A stretch of DNA of 64,000 nucleotides, taken from contig CAVYXG010000001.1 in the NCBI GenBank assembly GCA_963772375.1, forward strand, positions 856,086-920,085. Direction: 5' to 3'. Source of the DNA: an uncultured Actinomycetes bacterium. Its GTDB lineage: Bacteria > Actinomycetota > UBA4738 > JACQTL01. The first letter of the stretch is position 1. Each line of letters starts with the position of its first letter. Shown here piece after piece: positions 9,905 to 20,320 of the stretch. Position numbers and translations under genes: made by a program. Under the pieces are notes generated by a model. It saw nothing but the letters and a program-made list of their open reading frames with translations, was not told the origin of the DNA and did no database searches.

Positions 9905-11365
9905 ATGGCACTGCTCGACGAGGCCACGTGGTCCGGACGACTGTTCTCCGACGGATGGGTCCCCGGCAGCCAGGGCGACATCGCCGTCGTCGAGCCGGCG
10001 ACCGGCGAGGAGCTGGGGCGCGTCGGCCGCGCCGGCGCGGCCGACGTGGCCAGGGCCGCGTCGCGCGCCGCCGAGGCCCAGCGGGCCTGGGCGGCGGCCA
10101 TGTACCAGGACCGCGCGGCGGTGCTCCGCCGCGCGGGCGACCTGTTCACGGCGAACGCCGGGGACATCCAGGACTGGATCGTGCGGGAGACCGGCGCGAT
10201 CCCGCCGAAGGCGGAGCTCGAGACGTGGTTCGCCTCGAGCACGTGCTACGAGGCGGCCGGACTGGTCTCCCTCCCGTACGGCGAGCTGCTCCGGACCCGC
10301 GACCCCGTGCTCTCGATGTCGAGGCGAATGCCCGTGGGGGTCGTGGGAGTCATCTCGCCGTTCAACTTCCCGCTCATCCTGTCGATCCGCGCGGTGGCGC
10401 CGGCGCTCGCCCTGGGCAACGCCGTCGTCCTCAAGCCCGACCCCCGGACGGCTGTGAGCGGCGGCGTCGTCCTGGCCCGGATCTTCGAGGAGGCGGGGCT
10501 GCCCGAGGGTCTGCTGTCGGTCCTCCCCGGGGGCGCCGAGACCGGGGAGGCCGTGGTCATCCACCCGGCGGTGAACATGATCTCGTTCACCGGATCCACG
10601 CGCGCCGGACGGGCCGTGGCCGCGCTCGGCGGCCAGCACCTCAAGCGCGTCCACCTCGAGCTCGGCGGCAACTCGGCCCTCGTCGTGCTCGACGACGTGG
10701 ACGTGCAGAAGGCGGTGTCGGTGGGGGCGTTCGGGTCGTTCATGCACCAGGGGCAGATCTGCATGACGACCGGACGGCACCTCGTCCAGCAGGGCATCGC
10801 CGAGGAGTACACGTCCACCCTGGCCGCCCACGCGGACGGGACGCCGGTGGGGAACCCGGCGAAGGAGCAGGTCGCGCTGGGCCCGATCATCGACGAACGG
10901 CAGCGCGACCGGGTGCACGGCATCGTGACGAAGTCCGTGGACGCGGGGGCCCGGCTGGCCGCCGGGGGGACGTACGAGGGGCTGTTCTACCGGCCGACCG
11001 TGCTGGCCGACGTGCCGACGGACTCGCCGGCGTTCCAGGAGGAGATCTTCGGCCCGGTCGCGCCGGTCGTGACGTTCGACTCGATCGACGACGCCGTGAA
11101 GCTCGCCACGGAGACCGACTACGGGCTCTCGCTCGGCATCCTGACCAACGACGTCATGCGGGGACTGGAGATCGCGGACCGCATCCCGAGCGGCGTCGTC
11201 CACATCAACGACCAGACGGTGGGCGACGAGGTGGTGAACCCGTTCGGGGGGGTCCGGTCGTCCGGCCCGGGGGCCCGCCTCGGGGGCCCCCAGGCCAACA
11301 TCGACGCGTTCACGCAGGTGCAGTGGGTGACCATGCGGGGGGATCTGCCCGACTACCCGTTCTGA
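9905..11365 (+). CDS. NAD(P)-dependent aromatic aldehyde dehydrogenase
   Basis: ALDH superfamily motifs FTGSTRAGRAV, ELGGNSA, catalytic Cys in HQGQICMTTGR. A good RBS precedes the start. Confidence 0.85.
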   Translation: MALLDEATWSGRLFSDGWVPGSQGDIAVVEPATGEELGRVGRAGAADVARAASRAAEAQRAWAAAMYQDRAAVLRRAGDLFTANAGDIQDWIVRETGAIPPKAELETWFASSTCYEAAGLVSLPYGELLRTRDPVLSMSRRMPVGVVGVISPFNFPLILSIRAVAPALALGNAVVLKPDPRTAVSGGVVLARIFEEAGLPEGLLSVLPGGAETGEAVVIHPAVNMISFTGSTRAGRAVAALGGQHLKRVHLELGGNSALVVLDDVDVQKAVSVGAFGSFMHQGQICMTTGRHLVQQGIAEEYTSTLAAHADGTPVGNPAKEQVALGPIIDERQRDRVHGIVTKSVDAGARLAAGGTYEGLFYRPTVLADVPTDSPAFQEEIFGPVAPVVTFDSIDDAVKLATETDYGLSLGILTNDVMRGLEIADRIPSGVVHINDQTVGDEVVNPFGGVRSSGPGARLGGPQANIDAFTQVQWVTMRGDLPDYPF

Positions 11366-11380
11366 GCCGGCCCGGTCCGG

Positions 11381-12556
11381 ATGCGCACACAGGTCGGGAT
11401 CGTCGGCGCCGGCCCCGCCGGGCTGGTGTTGTCCCACCTGCTCGCGGCCGGCGGCGTCGAGTCGATCGTGGTCGAGGCGCGCAGCCGGGACCATGTCGAG
11501 CAGCGCATCCGGGCCGGCGTGCTGGAACAGGGCACCGTGGAGCTGCTGCGGGAGCACGGGCTGGCCGGGCGGCTGGACCGCGAGGCCATCGTCGACCAGG
11601 GCATCGGGCTCCGGTTCGACGGGCGGCACCACCGCGTCCCGCTGACGGACCTCACCGGCAGGAGCATCTTCATCTACGGCCAGCAGGAGCTGGTGAAGGA
11701 CCTCATCGCGGCCAGGCTCGACGCCGGCGGAGAGACCCGGTTCGAGGTGGAGGACGTACGGCTCGAGGAGATCGACTCGGATGCGCCGGCCATCCGGTTC
11801 GCCGAGGGCGGGAACGAGGACCGGATCGACTGTGACTGGATCGCCGGGTGCGACGGGTTCCACGGCGTGAGCCGCTCCGCGATCCCCGCCGGCCTGCGGA
11901 CCGAGTACGACCACGTGTTCCCGTTCGCGTGGCTGGGCATCCTCGCCGCCGCCCCGCCGTCCAGCCGGGAGGTCACGTACGCGCGCCACGACCGGGGGTT
12001 CGCCCTGCAGAGCTTCCGGTCGCCGGAGATCAGCCGGCTGTACCTGCAGGTCGACCCCGACGAGGACCTCGGGGCGTGGCCGGACGAACGGATCTGGGAC
12101 GAGCTCCGGATCCGGCTCGCGACCGACGACGGCTGGGAGCTCGCCGAGGGGCCGGTCCTGGAGCGGGGCGTCTCGGCGATGCGGAGCTTCGTCGCGGAGC
12201 CGATGCGGCACGGCCGGCTGTTCCTGGCGGGCGACGCGGCCCATATCGTCCCGGCGACCGGAGCCAAGGGGCTGAACCTCGCCGTCGCGGACGTCCGGGT
12301 CCTGGCCCGGGGGCTGACGGACTGGTACGCGTCGGGGTCGACGGAGGTGCTCGACGACTACACCCGGCGGTGCCTGCGGCGGGTGTGGCGCGCGGAGGAG
12401 TTCTCCGCGTGGCTTTCGGGAATGCTCCATCGCATGCCGGGCGAGACGGCGTTCGAGCGGCGGCTCCAGCGGTCACGGTTGGAATGGGTGACGGGCATGG
12501 AGTCGGCCGCGCGCGCGTTCGCCGAGAACTACGTGGGGCTCCCGTTCGACTGGTGA
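11381..12556 (+). CDS. pobA: 4-hydroxybenzoate 3-monooxygenase
   Basis: MRTQVGIVGAGPAGL...DCDWIAGCDGFHGVSR...FLAGDAAHIVPATGAKGLNLA matches PobA along its whole length. Confidence 0.9.
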   Translation: MRTQVGIVGAGPAGLVLSHLLAAGGVESIVVEARSRDHVEQRIRAGVLEQGTVELLREHGLAGRLDREAIVDQGIGLRFDGRHHRVPLTDLTGRSIFIYGQQELVKDLIAARLDAGGETRFEVEDVRLEEIDSDAPAIRFAEGGNEDRIDCDWIAGCDGFHGVSRSAIPAGLRTEYDHVFPFAWLGILAAAPPSSREVTYARHDRGFALQSFRSPEISRLYLQVDPDEDLGAWPDERIWDELRIRLATDDGWELAEGPVLERGVSAMRSFVAEPMRHGRLFLAGDAAHIVPATGAKGLNLAVADVRVLARGLTDWYASGSTEVLDDYTRRCLRRVWRAEEFSAWLSGMLHRMPGETAFERRLQRSRLEWVTGMESAARAFAENYVGLPFDW

Positions 12557-12572
12557 GGGAGGCGATGCAGAC

Positions 12573-13670
12573 ATGACCATCGACTACCGGGCCGAGGTGG
12601 TCGGAAGCCTGCTCCGGCCCGACGAGCTCAAGGACGCGTGGGGACGACTCGAGCACGGCGAGATCGGGGCCGGCGAGCTGTCCGAGGTCCAGGACCGGTG
12701 CGCCCTGCAGGCGATCGCCGTCCAGCAGGAGGCCGGACTCGACGTGCTCACCGACGGCGAGGTCAGGCGGCGGTTCTGGTTCGATCCGCTCACCGCGACG
12801 CTCGGCTACGACGACCACGAGTCGGCGCCGGTGCCGTTCACCTCGGGCGGCAAGCGCCCCGACGAGCCCCCGCCGCGGCTGCCGGTCGTCACCGAACGCC
12901 TCCGGATCGTGGAGAACCTCCCGCTCCGGGAGTTCGAGTTCGTGCACGCCAACAGCGTGATGCCGACCAAGACGACGATCGCCGGCATGACGTACGCGAG
13001 CGTGCTGTGGGTGCCGGGCCTGTCGGACAACGGCGCGTATGCGGACCGCGACGAGTACATGGCCGACGTGACCCGGCTGATGCGCGAGGTCCTCTCCTCG
13101 GTGATCGACGCGGGGACGAACTACGTCCAGCTCGACTCGCCCCGGTACACGCACATGGTGAGCCCGGAGGGGCGCGCGAACCTCGCGAAGGTCGGCCTCG
13201 ACGTGGCGACGTGGCTGGCCGAGATGATCGGCCACGACAACGAGCTCATCGACGCGTTCCCCGACGTGACGTTCGCCGTGCACCTGTGCCGGGGCAACCA
13301 CCGGAGCATGTGGTCGGTCGAGGGCGGCTACGACGACATCGCCGAGCGGCTGTTCGGCGGGCTCCACGTCCGGCGGATCCTCGCGGAGTACGACTCGCCG
13401 CGGGCCGGGGACTTCGCGCCGCTGCGGTTCGTCCCCGAGGACACGGTGGTGGTGCTGGGCCTGGTGACCACCAAGGAACCGGAGCTCGAGCGCGCCGACG
13501 ACCTCAAGCGCCGGATCGAGGAGGCGTCGCGGTTCGTCCCGCTGGAGCGCCTCGCCCTCAGCCCCCAGTGCGGGTTCGCCTCGACCATGCCGGGCAACCT
13601 CGTGACGTTCGACGACCAGCGGCGGAAGCTCGAGCTGGTGGCGTCGGTGGCCCGCGACGTGTGGGGCTGA
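12573..13670 (+). CDS. MetE C-terminal-domain-like Zn-dependent methyltransferase (COG0620 family, standalone)
   Basis: 365 aa carrying the MetE-type Zn ligand motifs HLCRGNH and SPQCGF. Confidence 0.75.
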   Translation: MTIDYRAEVVGSLLRPDELKDAWGRLEHGEIGAGELSEVQDRCALQAIAVQQEAGLDVLTDGEVRRRFWFDPLTATLGYDDHESAPVPFTSGGKRPDEPPPRLPVVTERLRIVENLPLREFEFVHANSVMPTKTTIAGMTYASVLWVPGLSDNGAYADRDEYMADVTRLMREVLSSVIDAGTNYVQLDSPRYTHMVSPEGRANLAKVGLDVATWLAEMIGHDNELIDAFPDVTFAVHLCRGNHRSMWSVEGGYDDIAERLFGGLHVRRILAEYDSPRAGDFAPLRFVPEDTVVVLGLVTTKEPELERADDLKRRIEEASRFVPLERLALSPQCGFASTMPGNLVTFDDQRRKLELVASVARDVWG

Positions 13671-13677
13671 TCCCGGG

Positions 13678-14019
13678 CTACTCCCCCAGGTGCTCGGCCG
13701 CGACGCGCTTCGGGACCACCATCCGCCACGCGTCGATCACGAGCTCGCGCAGCTCGTCGAGATCGATCGCGGCGAGCCGGCCGACCACCCAGTGGTAGCG
13801 GAGGTCGGCTGACCCCGGCATCTGGAACTTGTCGGGCTCGGAGGCCACGAGCGCCTCGCGTTCGTCCTTGGGGAACGCGAACCCCATCAGCGTCTCGTCC
13901 CGGGAGAACGCGATGTACACGTACTGGCCGACCTTGAACTTCACGCGGTCCGCGATGAGCGCCTCGTACGACCGCGGCAGGTCGGCCGCGATCCTGCGAA
14001 CGTCGTCGATCGTGGACAT
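13678..14019 (-). CDS. hypothetical protein (YjbR/MmcQ-like?)
   Basis: 113-aa ORF from ATG 14019. The upstream 134-aa extension looks spurious. Confidence 0.45.
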   Translation of the reverse strand: MSTIDDVRRIAADLPRSYEALIADRVKFKVGQYVYIAFSRDETLMGFAFPKDEREALVASEPDKFQMPGSADLRYHWVVGRLAAIDLDELRELVIDAWRMVVPKRVAAEHLGE

Positions 14020-14075
14020 GCTCGTTCGACGATAGGACCCGGGGGTGACACGCGGGCCGGTACGCTCCGGGCGCC

Positions 14076-14732
14076 ATGACACGGATCATCGACCTCACCC
14101 ATCCCATCGGGCACGGCACGATCACCTATCCGGGCCTGCCGGCGCCCGAGCTCTCCGACCACCTCAGCCGGGAGGACTCCCGGGAGCGGTACGCGCCGGG
14201 GACGGAGTTCCACATCGGACGGATCACGATGGTGGGGAACACCGGCACGTACCTGGATACGCCGTTCCACCGGTACCCCGACGCGACCGACCTGGCGACC
14301 ACCCCCCTCGAGCGCATGGTCGAGCTCGACGGCCTGGTGGTCGAGGGGACCGGCCGGCCGAGCGTCGGCGTCGACCTCCTCGAGGGCCGGACGGTCGCCC
14401 GGCGCGCCGTGTTGCTGCGCACCGGCTGGTCGAGGAACTGGGGCACCGAGGCCTACCTGTCGGGCCACCCGTTCCTCACGGCGGAGGGCGCCGCGTGGCT
14501 GGTCGGTCACGGCGCGGCGCTGGTGGGCATCGACTCGCTGAACATCGACTCGACCGAGACCGGCGAGCGCCCCGCCCACAGCGCCCTGCTGGCGGCCGGC
14601 ATCCCGGTCGTCGAGCATCTGTGCCGCCTGGACGAACTCCCCGCGGAGGGGTTCCGGTTCAGCGCGGCACCAGCGCCGGTCGCGGGCCTCGGCACGTTCC
14701 CGGTGCGGGCCTACGCCGTGGTCGACGACTGA
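14076..14732 (+). CDS. cyclase-family protein (kynurenine formamidase-like metal hydrolase)
   Basis: 218 aa with cyclase-family motifs HIGHGTITYPG and GTYLDTPFH. Confidence 0.8.
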   Translation: MTRIIDLTHPIGHGTITYPGLPAPELSDHLSREDSRERYAPGTEFHIGRITMVGNTGTYLDTPFHRYPDATDLATTPLERMVELDGLVVEGTGRPSVGVDLLEGRTVARRAVLLRTGWSRNWGTEAYLSGHPFLTAEGAAWLVGHGAALVGIDSLNIDSTETGERPAHSALLAAGIPVVEHLCRLDELPAEGFRFSAAPAPVAGLGTFPVRAYAVVDD

Positions 14733-14780
14733 TCCCCCGCGTCCCCGTTCAGCTTCGGACCTGGATGTCCCAATGGAGCG

Positions 14781-15194
14781 TCATCCGTCTCGGCGCGGCA
14801 ACCCCCAGAGCATGTCGTACAGGATGTGCGGACGGCCAGCATGGTCGAACCCCCCGAAGGTGACCGTCGGGGTGTCCGGATTCGAGGGGTCCACCAGGAA
14901 GGTTCGCTCGTCGATCGGCAGGGCTTCGGTCTGGGAGCGCCGTTCGTCGAGCAGCAGCCCGCCGTCCATGGCCGTGACCTCGATTCGTCGGTCGGGCCAC
15001 GCGTAGACACCGGCGAAGCGGGTCCGCGATGTGACCGGATCGCCGCTCGTCGCGTCCGCCACACCGTACGCCGCGGTCGTGACCGTCCCGTTGCGCACGA
15101 CCCCGATCGCCGCCCCCGGGACCGGGAGGCTCGAGGCGTGACGATGCAGCAGGGCGGTCAGGTCCCACTCATCCACCGCCCGACTCCCGGTTCG
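14781..15194 (-). pseudogene. remnant of a beta-lactamase-related serine hydrolase
   Basis: LTALLHRHASSLPVPGAAIGVVRNGTVTTAAYGVAD resembles a serine-hydrolase N-terminus, but the SxxK motif is absent and only about 136 aa remain. Confidence 0.3.
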
Positions 15195-15502
15195 AGCCCG
15201 CTCACCGTCTCCGTGCGACTCCTCCCTCTGCCATGCAGGCCTCCTCGAGAATCGATCCGGGGATGCCAGGATCTGGGGCGGGAGGGTATTTCGCCGGTCT
15301 GCGGAATCGCAAGACCAGACCCGCTCGGAACTGGCGTGGACGCATCGGACGAGGACGACGTGCGCTTGCTCCTCGAACCGGCCGAGGTTCGGGCCCGCCA
15401 CGTCCGCATCACGGAGCGGGCCCGCCCGCTTCGTTGACCGAAGCGGCGTGTCGGGGTGCGTCCTCCGCCCCGTAAGCTCGGGGGACCGGACCGAGGAGCC
15501 AG

Positions 15503-16084
15503 ATGGACGCCGACCACCCACCGTTCCGGCTCGAGACCGACCGGCTGCTGCTGCGGCCGTTCGCCCCGAGCGACCACGACGCGATGCTCGCGATCTACTC
15601 CCGCGACGAGGTCGTGCGGTATCTGTACGAGGGCCCGCACGACGAGGACGAGGTCCGCGATCGTCTCGCGGTGAAGGTCGCCCAGCGCGAGATCGAGGGC
15701 CCCGGCGACATCCTTCGCCTCGCCGTCCTGTTGAAGGCGAACGCCCGCGTGATCGGCGACGTGATGCTGCACTGGATGCCGGACGAACACCGTCAGGCCG
15801 AGATCGGGTTCGTGCTCCACCCCGACCATCAGGGGAAGGGCTACACGACCGAGGCGGCCCGGGTCCTCCTGCGGGTGGCGTTCGAGGTGCTCGGGCTGCA
15901 CCGCGTGTTCGGCCGGACGGAGGCGCGGAACGAGGCGTCGGCCCGCGTCATGGAGAAGCTCGGCATGCGCCGGGAGGCGAGCTTCGTCGAGAACGAGTTC
16001 GTCAAGGACGAATGGCAAAGCGAGATCGTGTTCGCGATCCTCGACCGCGAGTGGAAGGCCCTGCCGGCCAAGCGCCGTCGCTGA
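15503..16084 (+). CDS. GNAT-family N-acetyltransferase (RimJ/RimL-like)
   Basis: 193 aa with acetyl-CoA-binding motif HPDHQGKGYTTEAARVLL. Confidence 0.8.
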   Translation: MDADHPPFRLETDRLLLRPFAPSDHDAMLAIYSRDEVVRYLYEGPHDEDEVRDRLAVKVAQREIEGPGDILRLAVLLKANARVIGDVMLHWMPDEHRQAEIGFVLHPDHQGKGYTTEAARVLLRVAFEVLGLHRVFGRTEARNEASARVMEKLGMRREASFVENEFVKDEWQSEIVFAILDREWKALPAKRRR

Positions 16085-16132
16085 CGCATCGCGGGACCGG
16101 GCCCGCGGCGCCGGCACTACGCTGGAGCCGCG

Positions 16133-16567
16133 ATGGAGGGCAACGGCCACGCCAGGAATGTGTCCAGGATCGGCGCCATGCTCCGCATGCGATGCCCCAG
16201 ATGCCTGCGGGGCAAGCTGTTCCGGGGGCTGCTCGACATGTGGGAACGCTGCCCCCAGTGCGGGTTCGTGTTCGAACGCGAGGAGGGCTACTTCACCGGC
16301 GCGATGTACGCGAGCACGATCATCACGCTGCCACTGGTGTTCGCCATCTTCGGCATCGGGTGGCTGCTGAGCTCGAAGACCCTGCTGGCCGCCGAGGTCC
16401 TCCTCCTCGTGACGGCCGTGGTGACCCTCCCGCTGATCCCGCTGGTGTTCCGGTACTCCCGGACCCTGTGGCTGTACTTCGACTGGCGGTTCGGCCCCGA
16501 CCGCGAGACCGAGGGCCGGACCGGGACCCGGGAGATCGGCCCCGGGGACCGGACCGGCGACCGCTGA
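16133..16567 (+). CDS. DUF983-type zinc-ribbon membrane protein
   Basis: CPRC...CPQCG zinc ribbon followed by two TM helices. The start may be the internal Met at about 16178. Confidence 0.6.
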   Translation: MEGNGHARNVSRIGAMLRMRCPRCLRGKLFRGLLDMWERCPQCGFVFEREEGYFTGAMYASTIITLPLVFAIFGIGWLLSSKTLLAAEVLLLVTAVVTLPLIPLVFRYSRTLWLYFDWRFGPDRETEGRTGTREIGPGDRTGDR

Positions 16568-16656
16568 GCGAATCCGCGGCCTGCCGTCACGCCCGGGTCC
16601 GCACAACGGAACGGGCCGGGATCACGTCGCCCGGCCCGTTCCGCGGCTGCCGTGGG

Positions 16657-16830
16657 TCAGTGGAAGATGCTCACGCCCCCGGGGCCGATGAGCAGGCCGA
16701 TGACGATCAGGACGATGCCCGCCATCACCCCGCCGCGGATGAGCGCGACGATCCCCGCGATCACCAGGACGACCGCGATGATCCACAGGAGCGTGGCCAC
16801 CCCTCCATTCAGCGCCAGCATTCCCAGCAT
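16657..16830 (-). CDS. small hydrophobic membrane protein
   Basis: 57-aa MLGMLALNGGVATLLWIIAVVLVIAGIVALIRGGVMAGIVLIVIGLL... with two predicted TM helices. The longer ORF prefix is low complexity. Confidence 0.35.
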   Translation of the reverse strand: MLGMLALNGGVATLLWIIAVVLVIAGIVALIRGGVMAGIVLIVIGLLIGPGGVSIFH

Positions 16831-17032
16831 GCGATCCGAACCTCCTTCGCGGGCATCCGGTCGATTGCGTCTCAACCCTTCGGGTGTTCCCCCTCGACGC
16901 ATCGGACAAACGGCGGCGCCCGGCCCCCTCGACCGCCGTTTCGTCCGGCCGGGGTTCGGGTACAAACAACGCCTGAACATCGCGGATGCGGGGCCGCGAG
17001 CCGATCCGAGCCAGAGGGAATAGGGTCCGTTC

Positions 17033-17443
17033 ATGGCCACGATGGAAGCGGTCGCCCCGGTCGTCCGGTCGTTCCGGGCCCACCCGTCCTCGCTGTACCA
17101 GGTTCGTCAGTTCATCCGTCAGCAGGCGGAGGCGTCGCGGCTGCCGGGCGAGGTGACCGACGACCTCCTGCTGGCCGTCTCAGAGGCGTGTGTCAACGCG
17201 GTCCTGCACTCGTCCAGCCGGACGGTCAAGGTGGCCTGGCGACACTCGAACGGGTGCGCGGAGGTCGTCGTCCACGACGAGGGCGTGTTCCAGCGGCGGC
17301 TCCCGATCCCGGAGATCGACGGCCCGAGCGGGCGCGGGATCCTGCTGATGATGGCCGTGATGGACGAGGTCACGATCCACGAGGGCACCCCGCGCTCGCC
17401 CGGCACGCAGGTCCGCCTCCGCCGCTGCCACCCCACGGACTGA
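17033..17443 (+). CDS. GHKL-type ATP-binding protein (RsbW-like anti-sigma factor / Ser kinase)
   Basis: 136-aa HATPase_c fold (LAVSEACVNAVLHS...GRGILLMMAVMDEV). Confidence 0.7.
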   Translation: MATMEAVAPVVRSFRAHPSSLYQVRQFIRQQAEASRLPGEVTDDLLLAVSEACVNAVLHSSSRTVKVAWRHSNGCAEVVVHDEGVFQRRLPIPEIDGPSGRGILLMMAVMDEVTIHEGTPRSPGTQVRLRRCHPTD

Positions 17444-17471
17444 CGCGGGCGGTCCCAACCCGATCGAACAT

Positions 17472-18488
17472 ATGTTCTATCATGCCCGCATGCCGCTCGA
17501 GCGCGAGCCCCTGTTCGAGATCGCCCGCCGGACGTTCGACACGCCGGAGTTTCGGGGCATCGAGTTCATCGAGACCGAGGCGAAGTCGGTCATCAACCGC
17601 GTCCCGGGCAACTTCCTGCCGTTCGATTGGACGATCAACCCGTATCGAGGATGCAGTCATGCATGCTCCTACTGCTTCGCCCGGCCGACGCACACGTACA
17701 TGGACATGAACGCGGGGCGGGACTTCGAGACCAAGATCGTCGTGAAGGTCAACGCGCCCCAGGTGCTCCGGCGGCAGCTCGGCGGGCGGTCGTGGAAGGG
17801 CGAGCACATCGCCATGGGGACGGGGACCGACCCGTACCAGCGTGCGGAGGGGCGGTACCGGCTGATGCGGGGCATCATCCGCGCGCTGATCGACTACCGG
17901 AACCCGTTCTCCATCCTCACCAAGGGAACGCTGATCCTGCGCGACCTCGACCTGCTGGTGGAGGCGGCGAAGGTGGCGGACGTGGCGACGGCGTTCTCCG
18001 TCGGAACGGTGGACGAGGAGGTGTGGCGGACCACCGAGCCCGGCACGCCGCACCCCCGCCGGCGGCTCGAGGCCGTGGCAGCGCTGAACGACGCCGGCAT
18101 CCCGTGCGGCATCCTCATGGCGCCGGTGCTGCCGGGCATCAGCGACCGGCCCGACCAGCTCCGGGCGGTGGTCGAGGGGGCCATCGACGCCGGCGCGACC
18201 CACGTCTCCCCCATCCTGCTCCACCTCCGGGCGGGCGTGCGGGAGGAGTTCCTGCCGTGGCTCTCGGAGCATCACCCCGACCTGGTCGCCCGTTACGAGC
18301 GGGCGTACGCGAAGGCCTACGGGCCGGCGGCGGATCGCCGGGCGCTCGGGGCGCGCGTGGGGCGGATGATCGACGAGGCGGGCGGGCTCCGGCCGCGGGC
18401 GGGCGCGCCGCCCTCGAGGTTCCGCCGGGGCGAGGGCCGCCCGGGGCAGGTGCAGGCGCCCGCCGCGGAGCAGCTCCGGCTGCTCTGA
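17472..18488 (+). CDS. radical SAM protein, spore-photoproduct-lyase-like (COG1533)
   Basis: CSHACSYC radical-SAM cluster motif. 338 aa. Confidence 0.85.
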   Translation: MFYHARMPLEREPLFEIARRTFDTPEFRGIEFIETEAKSVINRVPGNFLPFDWTINPYRGCSHACSYCFARPTHTYMDMNAGRDFETKIVVKVNAPQVLRRQLGGRSWKGEHIAMGTGTDPYQRAEGRYRLMRGIIRALIDYRNPFSILTKGTLILRDLDLLVEAAKVADVATAFSVGTVDEEVWRTTEPGTPHPRRRLEAVAALNDAGIPCGILMAPVLPGISDRPDQLRAVVEGAIDAGATHVSPILLHLRAGVREEFLPWLSEHHPDLVARYERAYAKAYGPAADRRALGARVGRMIDEAGGLRPRAGAPPSRFRRGEGRPGQVQAPAAEQLRLL

Positions 18489-18542
18489 GTCACCGCGCGC
18501 CCGGGTCCGACCCACCCGCGTTGCTAGACTGGCGGCCCTACG

Positions 18543-18618
18543 GTGGCCGTAGCTCAATCGGTCAGAGCGCCTGGTTGTGGTCCAGGAGGTTGGGGGTTCA
18601 AGTCCCCTCGGTCACCCT
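18543..18618 (+). tRNA. tRNA-His (GTG)
   Basis: Cloverleaf with encoded G-1 and C73. Anticodon loop TTGTGGT. T-arm GGGGGTTCAAGTCCCCT. Confidence 0.8.
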
Positions 18619-18662
18619 CAAACGAACGGCTCCCCCGGAGCGGCGGTCTGTATCATCCGTCC

Positions 18663-18736
18663 GGGCCTCTAGCTCAACCTGGCAGAGCAACGGACTCTTA
18701 ATCCGCAGGTTCAGGGTTCGAATCCCTGGGGGCCCA
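18663..18736 (+). tRNA. tRNA-Lys (CTT)
   Basis: Acceptor GGGCCTC/GGGGCCC. Anticodon loop CTCTTAA. T-loop TTCGAAT. Confidence 0.8.
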
Positions 18737-18751
18737 CTGAGAATGCGCATG

Positions 18752-18960
18752 TCAGAGGGTACGAATCGCCGCCCGGTCGCCGCCGGTCGCGTCGTGGTCG
18801 CGCATTGGTCGCACATTGGTCGCGCCGTGTACCGCCTCGAGCCGCTCCCCCAGGCCGTCAAGGTCGCCGTCGAGTAGGTGCCCGTAGACGGATAGTGTGA
18901 ACCCCGCGCTCGCGTGTCCGAGGACCGTCTGCATGGCCTTCGGTGACGCCCCCGCGTGAA
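18752..18960 (-). pseudogene. tyrosine recombinase (phage integrase) C-terminal remnant
   Basis: MIHAGASPKAMQTVLGHASAGFTLSVYGHLL is the HxxR...LGH...Y catalytic tail of an integrase. The upstream part is low complexity. Sits directly 3' of tRNA-Lys. Confidence 0.55.
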
Positions 18961-19707
18961 TCATCGCGGCCGCCGCGGAGTGCGCAGGACCACGTCCCCA
19001 ACGCCGCCGCCGTTCCCAACGCCGCCGCCACCGCCGCCGCCCAAACCGTTGGTGGGACTGTTCCCCAACCCCGCGTATCGGGGCCGCCACGGGTTGGCGT
19101 TTTGGGTGGAGCGGCTGAATCCCTGACACCCGGGTATGCCATGTTCACGAGTTCCGGGCCGGTGGGGTGGGCAAGGCCACCCCCGCGTTCAAATCCGATT
19201 GCACGAATTGGGACCGGCCGCTGTTCTTCTTCTACCTGGCGATTGACAATCGGAGTCCCCGCCCGTGACCGTTCGCGTTGACGGACCTGTTCGTGGTGGA
19301 TCGGGAGGGTCGATCCCACCAATCGGTGGAGGTAACCACAACGGCCAACGAGCCGGAGAATTTCCTACCGACCGCCACGAACGTTGCCCCGCATTCGTTC
19401 CTTGCGGGGTGGGTGGCGGTGGACGCCGCCGACCCGTTCACCCCGGCCCGGTTCCAACTCGCGTTCGGGGACACGGTTTGGACGGTCCGGTTTGTGGGTG
19501 AGGAAACGGTGCTGGTGCCTGGGGGATGATCCCCGGGCGGGCGACGCCCGATGGGATCACCGGATCCGCGGCGCGTGGTCGTCCGGCGCCGGTTCGGCGT
19601 GCGCCCAGTGGCCGAGGTCGCATCCCTCACTGGGGACCCAGTCGACCCGGGAGCGCGCACCCTCCGTCGCCGCGATCCTCAAGACCAAGCGTCCCGACCG
19701 CCGGGCT

Positions 19708-20320
19708 TCACTTGATGACACGGAAGGTGAGATGCGTGACCCCGGCGCCCTCGATCACCCTCGTGCTCTCCAGGTCAATCGGCCCGGTCCCTAGGTGGTC
19801 GAACAATGAGACGCCGTCCCCGAGCAGGACGTGTACCAGGTCTACGTGTATCTCGTCGAGCAGCCCACCCTTGATGGACTGCTGCACGATGCCCGCGGCA
19901 CCCACGCCGACGTCCTTGTCGCCCGCGACCGCCTTCGCTTGCTCAAGGGCGCTTCCGAGTCCGTCCGTGACGAACGTGAACGGCGATCCTTCGTAGACCC
20001 AGTCTTGTGGAACCGAGCTGGTAACAACAAAGACCGGTACGTCCAAGGGGTGTTTGCCACCCCACCCATTGGTGAGGTCGAATGTCCTTCGACCAAACAC
20101 CAACGCCCCTGTCGTTCGGCGCGTCTCGGCAAGGTACTCGGCGGTCTGCGCCGAGACCATGAAGACCATGTCGGTTCCAGGCGTTCGGTATTCGGTGTCG
20201 CCAGCGGAGTACCACGCCAAAAGTCTCTCGCCGCCGACACCCATGGGTGCTTCAGGGCCGTCGTTCGGCCCAGCGATGAATCCGTCGAGCGAGACTGCGA
20301 GGCCCGTGCGAACCTTCCCC
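19708..20320 (-). CDS. dihydrofolate reductase-family protein (RibD C-terminal domain)
   Basis: MGKVRTGLAVSLDGFIAGPNDG...VFVVTSS RibD_C fold. Locally lower GC than the flanks. Confidence 0.75.

Noticed and set aside
18960-19060. Proline/alanine-codon simple repeat (CCAACGCCGCCGCC...) after the integrase remnant
   Set aside because: This is a low-complexity GC-rich tract in a noncoding island junction with no reading-frame support. It was not called as a feature.
19278-19529. 83-aa ORF MTDLFVVDREGRSHQSVEV... in the lower-GC island stretch
   Set aside because: The composition is plausible, but there are no motifs, no RBS and no supporting context. It is too weak to annotate.
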